From positions 1 through 64,000 of the forward strand of contig JAUCBJ010000742.1 in the NCBI GenBank assembly GCA_032718475.1: a DNA stretch of 64,000 bases, given 5' to 3'. The DNA is from Nemertoderma westbladi (taxonomy: Eukaryota > Animalia > Xenacoelomorpha). Position numbers and translations under genes: made by a program. Within the stretch, counting starts at the first letter, position 1; the number at the start of each line of letters is the position of its first letter. A model generated the notes under the pieces. That model searched no databases and was not told the origin of the DNA. It saw nothing but the letters and a program-made list of their open reading frames with translations. Of this stretch, positions 12,714 to 24,400 are shown in pieces.

Positions 12714-15438
12714 GGCCCAAACTCACAAAAAGTGGCCAAAAACGTTTCCCACACGATTCGACTTAATTTTAGAATGAAATTTTTTTTGGAACCTAGTAAA
12801 GTTATATATATTTTTGAAGATAATTTTATGGTCCAACAGATGCACAAAAAATCATACTGCCACTCCGACTTTGAAAGATTTTACAGACCTTTTAGTACTA
12901 AAAAATGCAGGTTTTTCAATTGTCCAAAAAAGTTCATTGCATTGTGGGGGATGTATTTTGACATCTACTGGGTGTATTTCAACAAGTTATAGCTCATTTT
13001 AAAGCTAAATAATAGAGGAATGCAATGGAATAACTCCCAAATTGTTTTATTGGTATTATATTTAAATAAAACAATAGATAATATACCCCTATTTTGACAA
13101 TTACTTGTCCCAAACGGTAACACCTGAATTCACCAATAGGTTTTTATTTGGATTCTATAAACTAAATTCTTATTTGAACGGAAAATCTTCAAGAAGTGGA
13201 ATGTTCCAGATTTTACGAAAAAATACTAAACACAACCAGAGATATGGCTGGTTTTATACGTGCGAGTCGATTATGTCAATTAGGATTGTCCCATGTGTAA
13301 CACCAAGTGCACTGCTTTACCATGCTCTAGAATCAGTTCAAACAAACTTGATATTAAGATTCAAATATCAGAAGATAGCCAAGTTCTTGGTCTTTTGCGT
13401 GAGTAATCATTTGTGGCAACAATTGACTATGGAATAGACTTTAGTTGCTTTTACATTTATCAGCATGAGCTTTGTCCCACCTGTAACAAAAGCCTGTAAC
13501 ACAAAAAATCGTTACAGGGCGGGACGTCCCACATGTAACATGTAAATCGACTAATTTTGGGCTACAGAGTAAGACATGTCTCACCTGTAACACTTTAGTA
13601 GTGCAGACTTCATAATATTGATAAGACTGTAGGTCATGCACACATAACAGCAGTATTAACTGTGAATTGGTACTTACCTACCTACAGTAGTACCGGTAAC
13701 AGTATCAGTGCTGCCTCTTTATTGCGTTTGATTCGAAGTTATTGGATCTACAGATCTGCGCAGTGCATAGAGTTTACTATTGACTACTAAACAAACTAAT
13801 CCTAACCAGAACCAGTTATAAGACACTGATACAGACACTATGTGACTACGGTATAGAATAGAGACCACATTTCATTACTTATTAGACATCAGCTTGCCGT
13901 TCCGGTATCAAGATACTGATAGTCATAATAGCCACACAAAATAGCCATAATAATAGTGATCTGTCTTATATGGATAGATCTGTCCATATTCATATACATG
14001 GTGATCTGTCTTAGATCTATCTTCTGCGATTGGGAGAGGGAGATTGGGAGCTCCGTGAGGGGAGAAGTTAGAGGTGGGAGGGAAAAAAATAGAGGTGCAA
14101 GGGGAGCAGTTGGAGGTGTGAGGGGAAAAGGTAGAGGTGCAAGGGGAGCAGTTGGAGGTGCGAGGGGAAAAGGTAGAGGTGCAAGAGGAGCAGTCGGAAG
14201 TGTGATGGGAAAAGGTAGAGGTGCAAGTGGAGCAGTTGGAGGTGCGAGAGGAGTAGTTAGTGCGAGAGCAGTAGGTAGTGGTGCGAGAGGAGAATGGGAT
14301 GATCCGTGGAGGGTGTGGGAGACAGGGTGAAAAGTACAGGAGGATCTGTGGAGGGTGTGGGAAACAGGGTGAAAAGTACAGGAGGATCTGTGGAGGGTGT
14401 GGGAGACGGAGTGGGAAGTACAGGATGATTTGTGGAGGGTGTGGGAGACGGAGTGGGAGCTATGGGAGGATCTGTGGAGGGTGTGGGAGACGGAATGGGA
14501 AGTACAGGAGGATCTGTGGAGGGTGTGGGAGACAAGGTGAGAAGTACAGGAGGATCTGTGGGGGGTGTGGGAGACAGGGTGAGAAGTACAGGAGGATCTG
14601 AGGAGGGTGGGGAAGTTGGAGTGGAAGGTACAGGTGGATCTGTGGAGGGTGGGGATGAAAGTGATAATGAACAATTTACAGGTTTTGAAGGAGTGGGGGG
14701 TATGGGAAGATACGTGGCGGCTATACAAGATAACGTTTGGAATACAGGAGAATCTATGGAGGGTGTAGAAGATGGAGTGGGGAGTACAGGAGGTTCTGTG
14801 GAGGGTGGAGATGAAACTGATGAACAATTTATAGGTTTTGACTAACTGCTCAGCCATAGTGATATACAGTTATAAACTCAGTAATAAACTCGTCATACTT
14901 TTGTGAATTTTCATATAAATCGTCACTAAAGTACCTAAAAGTGGTTAAAATGTTTTAATAAACTCTTTATGTTTATTTGATAAACTATAATATTTTATAA
15001 TTTTTCCAGAAATGGGGACCATAAAGATTTCTTATGATTGATTATATTTTCAAATAAGCTTTATTGGGAGCTGTTACTGGGATCAGGAATGGCTGAATAG
15101 CTCCCACTCAGAGACGAAATCTAGCTTAATTTAACATTTCAATGTAATTACAACTGGTGTTACATGGTGGGACAAATTGTTACAGGCATCGGAAATCACC
15201 ATTCAAGGGCTCTGATTGGCTGATTTCGGGCGTTACATTGTGGGACAAGTGTTACAGGAATGGACATCTGTTTTTCTCAATTATTTGTTACCATGAGGTC
15301 GGGGCTATTGGGAAATTACCACCATTGAATTCAGCGCATCAAGAGCTTTCTGATGATATATAATATTACATACTTTGGGAAACTTTTTTTTTTAGAAAAA
15401 AAATATTTTTTTTTGGCCACTTTTTGTGATTTTAAGCC
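12714..15438. mobile_element. 2.7-kb TIR DNA transposon, apparently non-autonomous, superfamily unassigned, inserted in array A with 4-bp TSD TACC
   Basis: Left end GGCCCAAACTCACAAAAAGTGGCCAAAAA; reverse complement of right end GGCTTAAAATCACAAAAAGTGGCCAAAAA (26/29 identical). Flanks are aaacc-TACC|element|TACC-agt versus the empty unit aaacctaccagt. No transposase motif recognised. Confidence 0.9.
14080..14830. repeat. Two adjacent G-rich 42-bp minisatellites inside the transposon
   Basis: Units approximating AGAGGTGCAAGGGGAGCAGTTGGAGGTGCGAGGGGAAAAGGT (about 14090-14250) and GAAGTACAGGAGGATCTGTGGAGGGTGTGGGAGACAGGGTGA (about 14300-14650, degenerate to 14830). The overlapping ORFs show 14-aa periodicity. 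Confidence 0.85.
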
Positions 15439-18400
15439 TACCAGTATCCCTTTTAGATTCCCTCCATTCCCAACTCCAGTAAACCTACCAGTATCCCTTT
15501 TAGGTTCCCTCCATCCGTCCCCAACTCCAGTAAACCAACCAGTATCCCTTTTAGGTTCCCTCCATCCCCAACTCCAGTAAACCTACCAGTATCACTTTTA
15601 GGTTCCCTCCATCCATCCCCAACTCCAGTAAACCTATCCCTTTTATGTTCCCTCCATCCCCAACTCCAGTAAACCTACCAGTATCCCTTTTAGGTTCCCT
15701 CCATCCCCAACTCCAGTAAACCTACCAGTATCCCTTTTAGGTTCCCTCCATCCCCAACTCCAGTAAACCTATCCCTTTTAGTTTCCCTCCATCCGTCCCC
15801 AACTCCAGTAAACCTACCAGATCCCTTTTAGGTTCCCTCCATCCCCAACTCCAGTAAACCTACCAGTATCACTTTTAGGTTCCCTCCATCCCCAACTCCA
15901 GTAAACCTACCAGTATCCCTTTTAGGTTCCCTCCATCCCCAACTCCAGTAAACCTACCAGTATCACTTTTAGGTTCCCTCCATCCCCAACTCCAGTAAAC
16001 CTACCAGTATCACTTTTAGGTTCCCTCCATCCCCAACTCCAGTAAACCTACCAGTATCCCTTTTAGGTTCCCTCCATCCCCAACTCCAGTAAACCTATCC
16101 CTTTTAGTTTCCCTCCATCCGTCCCCAACTCCAGTAAACCTACCAGTATCCCTTTTAGGTTCCCTCCATCCGTCCCCAACTCCAGTAAACCTACCAGTAT
16201 CCCTTTTAGGTTCCCTCCATCCCCAACTCCAGTAAACCCACCAGTATCCCTTTTAGGATCCCTCCATCCCCAACTCCAGTAAACCTACCAGTATCCCTTT
16301 TAGGTTCCCTCCATCCCCAACTCCAGTAAACCAACCAGTATCCCTTTTAGGTTCCCTCCATCCCCAACTCCAGTAAACCTACCAGTATCCCTTTTAGGTT
16401 CCCTCCATCCCCAACTCCAGTAAACCTACCAGTGTCCCTTTTAGGTTCCCTCCATCCCCAACTCCAGTAAACCTACCAGTATCCCTTTTAGGTTCCCTCC
16501 ATCCGTCCCCAACTCCAGTAAACCTACCAGTATCCCTTTTAGGTTCCCTCCATCCCCAACTACAGTAAACCTACCAGTATCCCTTTTAGGTTCCCTCCAT
16601 CCGTCCCCAACTCCAGTAAACCTACCAGTATCCCTTTTAGGTTCCCTCCATCCCCAACTCCAGTAAACCTACCAGTATCCCTTTTAGGTTCCCTCCATCC
16701 ATCCCCAACTCCAGTAAACCTACCAGTATCCCTTTTAGGTTCCCTCCATCCGTCCCCAACTCCAGTAAACCTACCAGTATCCCTTTTAGGTTCCCTCCGT
16801 CCCCAACTCCAGTAAACCTACCAGTATCCCTTTTAGGTTCCCTCCATCCGTCCCCAACTCCAGTAAACCTACCAGTATCCCTTTTAGGTTCCCTCCATCC
16901 GTCCCCAACTCCAGTAAACCTACCAGTATCCCTTTTAGGTTCCCTCCGTCCCCAACTCCAGTAAACCTACCAGTATCCCTTTTAGGTTCCCTCCATCCGT
17001 CCCAAACTCCAGTAAACCTACCAGTATCCCTTTTAGGTTCCCTCCATCCGTCCCCAACTCCAGTAAACCTACCAGTATCCCTTTTAGGTTCCCTCCATCC
17101 GTCCCCAACTCCAGTAAACCAACCAGTATCCCTTTTAGGTTCCCTCCATCTCCAACTCCAGTAAACCTACCAGTATCCCTTTTAGGTTCTCTCCATCCCC
17201 AACTCCAGTAAACCTACCAGTATCCCTTTTAGGTTCCCTCCATCCCCAACTCCAGTAAACCTACCAGTATCCCTTTTAGGTTCCCTCCCTCTATCCCCAA
17301 CTCCAGTAAACCTACCAGTATCCCTTTTAGGTTCCCTCCGTCCCCAACTCCAGTAAACCTACCAGTATCCCTTTTAGGTTCCCTCCATCCGTCCCCAACT
17401 CCAGTAAACCTACCAGTATCCCTTTTAGGTTCCCTCCATCCGTCCCCAACTCCAGTAAACCTACCAGTATCCCTTTTAGGTTCCCTCCGTCCCCAACTCC
17501 AGTAAACCTACCAGTATCCATTTTAGGTTCCCTCCATCCGTCCCCAACTCCAGTAAACCTACCAGTATCCCTTTTAGGTTCCCTCCATCCGTCCCCAACT
17601 CCAGTAAACCAACCAGTATCCCTTTTAGGTTCCCTCCATCTCCAACTCCAGTAAACCTACCAGTATCCCTTTTAGGTTCCCTCCATCCCCAACTCCAGTA
17701 AACCTACCAGTATCCCTTTTAGGTTCCCTCCATCCCCAACTCCAGTAAACCTACCAGTATCCCTTTTAGGTTCCCTCCGTCCCCAACTCCAGTAAACCTA
17801 CCAGTATCCCTTTTAGGTTCCCTCCATCCCCAACTCCAGTAAACCTACCAGTATCCCTTTTAGGTTCCCTCCATCCCCAACTCCAGTAAACCTACCAGTA
17901 TCCCTTTTAGGTTCCCTCCATCCCCAACTCCAGTAAACCTACCAGTATCCCTTTTAGGTTCCCTCCATCCCCAACTCCAGTAAACCTACCAGTATCCCTT
18001 TTAGGTTCCCTCCATCCCCAACTCCAGTAAACCAACCAGTATCCCTTTTAGGTTCCCTCCTTCCCCGACTCCAGTAAACCTACCAGTATCCCTTTTAGGT
18101 TCCCTCCATCCGTCCCTAACTCCAGTAAACCTACCAGTATCCCTTTTAGGTTCCCTCCATCCCCAACTCCAGTAAACCTACCAGTATCCCTTTTAGGTTC
18201 CCTCCATCCCCAACTCCAGTAAACCTACCAGTATCCCTTTTAGGTTCCCTCCATCCCCAACTCCAGTAAACCTACCAGTATCCCTTTTAGGTTCCCTCCA
18301 TCCCCAACTCCAGTAAACCAACCAGTATCCCTTTTAGGTTCCCTCCGTCCCCAACTCCAGTAAACCTACCAGTATCCCTTTTAGGTTCCCTCCATCCGTC

Positions 18401-21400
18401 CCCAACTCCAGTAAACCAACCAGTATCCCTTTTAGGTTCCCTCCATCCGTCCCCAACTCCAGTAAACCTACCAGTATCCCTTTTAGGTTTCCTCCATCCC
18501 CAACTCCAGTAAACCTACCAGTATCCCTTTTAGGTTCCCTCCATCCCCAACTCCAGTAAACCTACCAGTATCCCTTTTAGGTTCCCTCCATCCGTCCCCA
18601 ACTCCAGTAAACCTACCAGTATCCCTTTTAGGTTTCCTTCATCCCCAACTCCAGTAAACCTACCAGTATCCCTTTTAGGTTCCCTCCTTCCCCAACTCCA
18701 GTAAACCTACCAGTATCCCTTTTAGGTTCCCTCCATCCCCAACTCCAGTAAACCTACCAGTATCCCTTTTAGGTTCCCTCCATCCGTCCCCAACTCCAGT
18801 AGTATCCCTTTTAGGTTTCCTCCATCCCCAACTCCAGTAAACCTACCAGTATCCCTTTTAGGTTCCCTCCTTCCTTCCCCAACTCCAGTAAACCTACCAG
18901 TATCCCTTTTAGGTTCCCTCCATCCGTCCCCAACTCCAGTAAACCTACCAGTATCCCTTTTAGGTTCCCTCCGTCCCCAACTCCAGTAAACCTACCAGTA
19001 TCCCTTTTAGGTTCCCTCCATCCGTCCCAAACTCCAGTAAACCTACCAGTATCCCTTTTAGGTTCCCTCCATCCGTCCCCAACTCCAGTAAACCTACCAG
19101 TATCCCTTTTAGGTTCCCCCCATCCCCAACTCAGTAAACCTACCAGTATCCATTTTAGGTTCCCTCCATCCCCAACTCCAGTAAACCTACCAGTATCCCT
19201 TTTAGGTTCCTTCCATCCCCAACTCCAGTAAACCTACCAGTATCCCTTTTAGGTTCCCTCCATCCGTCCCCAACTCCAGTAAACCTACCAGTATCCCTTT
19301 TAGGTTCCCTCCATCCGTCCCCAACTCCAGTAAACCAACCAGTATCCCTTTTAGGTTCCCTCCATCCCCAACTCCAGTAAACCTACCAGTATCCCTTTTA
19401 GGTTCCCTCCTTCCCCGACTCCAGTAAACCTACCAGTATCCCTTTTAGGTTCCCTCCATCCGTCCCCAACTCCAGTAAACCTACCAGTATCCCTTTTAGG
19501 TTTCCTCTATCCCCAACTCCAGTAAACCTACCAGTATCCATTTTAGGTTCCCTCCATCCCCAACTCCAGTAAACCTACCAGTATCCATTTTAGGTTCCCT
19601 CCATCCCCAACTCCAGTAAACCTACCAGTATCCCTTTTAGGTTCCCTCCATCCCCAACTCCAGTAAACCTACCAGTATACTTTTTAGGTTCCCTCCATCC
19701 CCAACTCCAGTAAACCTACCAGTATCCCTTTTAGATTCCCTCCATTCCCAACTCCAGTAAACCTACCAGTATCCCTTTTAGGTTCCCTCCATCCCCAACT
19801 CCAGTAAACCTAGCAGTATCCCTTTTAGGTTCCCTCCGTCCGTCCCCAACTCCATTAAACCAACCAGTATCCCTTTTAGGTTCCCTCCGTCCCCAACTCC
19901 AGTAAACCTACCAGTATCCCTTTTAGGTTCCCTCCATCCATCCCCAACTCCAGTAAACCTACCAGTATCCCTTTTAGATTCCCTCCATTCCCAACTCCAG
20001 TAAACCTACCAGTATCCCTTTTAGGTTCCCTCCATCCCCAACTCCAGTAAACCTAGCAGTATCCCTTTTAGGTTCCCTCCGTCCGTCCCCAACTCCATTA
20101 AACCTACCAGTATCCCTTTTAGATTCCCTCCATTCCCAACTCCAGTAAACCTACCAGTATCCCTTTTAGGTTCCCTCCATCCATCCCCAACTCCAGTAAA
20201 CCTACCAGTATCCCTTTTAGGTTCCCTCCATCCCCAACTCCAGTAAACCTACCAGTATCCCTTTTAGGTTCCCTCCATCCCCAACTCCAGTAAACCTACC
20301 AGTATCCCTTTTATGTTCCCTCCATCCGTCCCCAACTCCAGTAAACCCACCAGTATCACTTTTAGGTTTCCTCCATCCCCAACTCCAGTAAACCTACCAG
20401 TATCCCTTTTGGGTTCCCTCCATCCGTCCCCAACTCCAGTAAACCAACCAGTATCCCTTTTAGATTCCCTCCATTCCCAACTCCAGTAAACCTACCAGTA
20501 TCCCTTTTAGATTCCCTCCATTCCCAACTCCAGTAAACCTACCAGTATCCCTTTTAGGTTCCCTCCATCCGTCCCCAACTCCTGTAAACCTACCAGTATC
20601 CCTTTTAGATTCCCTCCATTCCCAACTCCAGTAAACCTACCAGTATCCCTTTTAGGTTCCCTCCATCCGTCCCCAACTCCTGTAAACCTACCAGTATCCC
20701 TTTTAGGTTCCCTCCATCCGTCCCCAACTCCAGTAAACCTACCAGTATCCCTTTTAGGTTCCCCCCATCCCCAACTCAGTAAACCTACCAGTATCCATTT
20801 TAGGTTCCCCCCATCCCCAACTCAGTAAACCTACCAGTATCCATTTTAGGTTCCCTCCGTCCCCAACTCCAGTAAACCTACCAGTATCCCTTTTAGATTC
20901 CCTCCATTCCCAACTCCAGTAAACCTACCAGTATCCCTTTTAGGTTCCCTCCATCCGTCCCCAACTCCTGTAAACCTACCAGTATCCCTTTTAGGTTCCC
21001 TCCATCCGTCCCCAACTCCAGTAAACCTACCAGTATCCCTTTTAGGTTCCCCCCATCCCCAACTCAGTAAACCTACCAGTATCCATTTTAGGTTCCCTCC
21101 ATCCCCAACTCCAGTAAACCTACCAGTATCCCTTTTAGGTTCCTTCCATCCCCAACTCCAGTAAACCTACCAGTATCCCTTTTAGGTTCCCTCCATCCGT
21201 CCCCAACTCCAGTAAACCTACCAGTATCCCTTTTAGGTTCCCTCCTTCCCCAACTCCAGTAAACCTACCAGTATCCCTTTTAGGTTCCCCCCATCCCCAA
21301 CTCAGTAAACCTACCAGTATCCATTTTAGGTTCCCTCCATCCCCAACTCCAGTAAACCTACCAGTATCCCTTTTAGGTTCCTTCCATCCCCAACTCCAGT

Positions 21401-24400
21401 AAACCTACCAGTATCCCTTTTAGGTTCCCTCCATCCGTCCCCAACTCCAGTAAACCTACCAGTATCCCTTTTAGGTTCCCTCCATCCGTCCCCAACTCCA
21501 GTAAACCAACCAGTATCCCTTTTAGGTTCCCTCCTTCCCCAACTCCAGTAAACCAACCAGTATCCATTTTAGGTTCCCTCCATCCCCAACTCCAGTAAAC
21601 CTACCAGTATCCCTTTTAGGTTCCTTCCATCCCCAACTCCAGTAAACCTACCAGTATCCCTTTTAGGTTCCCTCCATCCGTCCCCAACTCCAGTAAACCT
21701 ACCAGTATCCCTTTTAGGTTCCCTCCATCCGTCCCCAACTCCAGTAAACCAACCAGTATCCCTTTTAGGTTCCCTCCTTCCCCAACTCCAGTAAACCTAC
21801 CAGTATCCCTTTTAGGTTCCCTCCATCCGTCCCCAACTCCAGTAAACCTACCAGTATCCCTTTTAGGTTCCCTCCATCCGTCCCCAACTCCAGTAAACCA
21901 ACCAGTATCCCTTTTAGGTTCCCTCCTTCCCCAACTCCAGTAAACCTACCAGTATCCCTTTTAGGTTCCTTCCATCCCCAACTCCAGTAAACCTACCAGT
22001 ATCCCTTTTAGGTTCCCTCCATCCGTCCCCAACTCCAGTAAACCTACCAGTATCCCTTTTAGGTTCCCTCCTTCCCCAACTCCAGTAAACCTACCAGTAT
22101 CCCTTTTAGATTCCCTCCATCCCCAACTCCAGTAAACCTACCAGTATCCCTTTTAGGTTCCCTCCATCCCCAACTCCAGTAAACCTACCAGTCCCTTTTA
22201 GGTTCCCTCCGTCCCCAACTCCAGTAAACCTACCAGTATCACTTTTAGGTTCCCTCCGTCCCCAACTCCAGTAAACCTACCAGTGTCCCTTTTAGGTTCC
22301 CTCCATCCGTCCCCAACTCCAGTAAACCTACCAGTATCCCTTTTAGATTCCCTCCATCCCCAACTCCAGTAAACCTACCAGTATCCCTTTTAGGTTCCCT
22401 CCATCCCCAACTCCAGTAAACCTACCAGTATCCCTTTTAGGTTCCCTCCATCCCCAACTCCAGTAAACCTACCAGTATCCCTTTTAGGTTCCCTCCGTCC
22501 CCAAGTCCAGTAAACCTACCAGTATCCCTTTTAGGTTCCCTCCTTCCCCAACTCCAGTAAACCTACCAGTATCCCTTTTAGATTCCCTCCATCCCCAACT
22601 CCAGTAAACCTACCAGTATCCCTTTTAGATTCCTTCCATCCCCAACTCCAGTAAACCTACCAGTATCCCTTTTAGGTTCCCTCCGTCCCCAACTCCAGTA
22701 AACCTACCAGTATCCCTTTTAGGTTCCCTCCTTCCCCAACTCCAGTAAACCTACCAGTATCCCTTTTAGATTCCCTCCATCCCCAACTCCAGTAAACCTA
22801 CCAGTATCCCTTTTAGGTTCCCTCCATCCCCAACTCCAGTAAACCTACCAGTATCCCTTTTAGGTTCCCTCCGTCCCCAACTCCAGTAAACCTACCAGTA
22901 TCACTTTTAGGTTCCCTCCGTCCCCAACTCCAGTAAACCTACCAGTGTCCCTTTTAGGTTCCCTCCATCCGTCCCCAACTCCAGTAAACCTACCAGTATC
23001 CCTTTTAGATTCCCTCCATCCCCAACTCCAGTAAACCTACCAGTATCCCTTTTAGGTTCCCTCCATCCCCAACTCCAGTAAACCTACCAGTATCCCTTTT
23101 AGGTTCCCTCCATCCCCAACTCCAGTAAACCTACCAGTGTCCCTTTTAGGTTCCCTCCATCCCCAACTCCAGTAAACCTACCAGTATCCCTTTTAGGTTC
23201 CCTCCATCCCCAACTCCAGTAAACCTACCAGTATCCCTTTTAGGTTCCCTCCGTCCCCAACTCCAGTAAACCTACCAGTATCCCTTTTAGGTTCCCTCCA
23301 TCCCCAACTCCAGTAAACCTACCAGTATCCCTTTTAGGTTCCCTCCATCCCCAACTCCAGTAAACCTACCAGTATCCCTTTTAGGTTCCCTCCGTCCCCA
23401 ACTCCAGTAAACCTACCAGTATCCCTTTTAGGTTCCCTCCGTCCCCAACTCCAGTAAACCTACCAGTGTCCCTTTTAGGTTCCCTCCATCCGTCCCCAAC
23501 TCCAGTAAACCTACCAGTATCCCTTTTAGATTCCCTCCATCCCCAACTCCAGTAAACCTACCAGTATCCCTTTTAGGTTCCCTCCGTCCCCAACTCCAGT
23601 AAACCTACCAGTATCCCTTTTAGGTTCCCTCCTTCCCCAACTCCAGTAAACCTACCAGTATCCCTTTTAGGTTCCCTCCATCCCCAACTCCAGTAAACCA
23701 ACCAGTATCCCTTTTAGGTTCCCTCCATCCGTCCCCAACTCCAGTAAACCTACCAGTATCCCTTTTAGGTTCCCTCCATCCCCAACTCCAGTAAACCAAC
23801 CAGTATCCCTTTTAGGTTCCCTCCATCCGTCCCCAACTCCAGTAAACCTACCAGTATCCCTTTTAGATTCCCTCCATCCCCAACTCCAGTAAACCTACCA
23901 GTATCCCTTTTAGGTTCCCTCCATCCGTCCCCAACTCCAGTAAACCTACCAGTATCCCTTTTAGGTTCCCTCCGTCCCCAACTCCAGTAAACCTACCAGT
24001 ATCCCTTTTAGGTTCCCTCCTTCCCCAACTCCAGTAAACCTACCAGTATCCCTTTTAGGTTCCCTCCATCCCCAACTCCAGTAAACCAACCAGTATCCCT
24101 TTTAGGTTCCCTCCATCCGTCCCCAACTCCAGTAAACCTACCAGTATCCCTTTTAGATTCCCTCCATCCCCAACTCCAGTAAACCTACCAGTATCCCTTT
24201 TAGGTTCCCTCCGTCCCCAACTCCAGTAAACCTACCAGTATCCCTTTTAGGTTCCCTCCTTCCCCAACTCCAGTAAACCTACCAGTATCCCTTTTAGGTT
24301 CCCTCCATCCCCAACTCCAGTAAACCAACCAGTATCCCTTTTAGGTTCCCTCCATCCGTCCCCAACTCCAGTAAACCTACCAGTATCCCTTTTAGGTTCC

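Noticed and set aside
12732-13641. Short ORFs in the transposon as a transposase
   Set aside because: AT-rich and short, with no recognisable DDE or DNA-binding motif.
4032-21567. Minus-strand GTDGGNLKGILVGLLEL repeat ORFs
   Set aside because: They occur only where 51-bp units are consecutive and are broken by 47-bp units.
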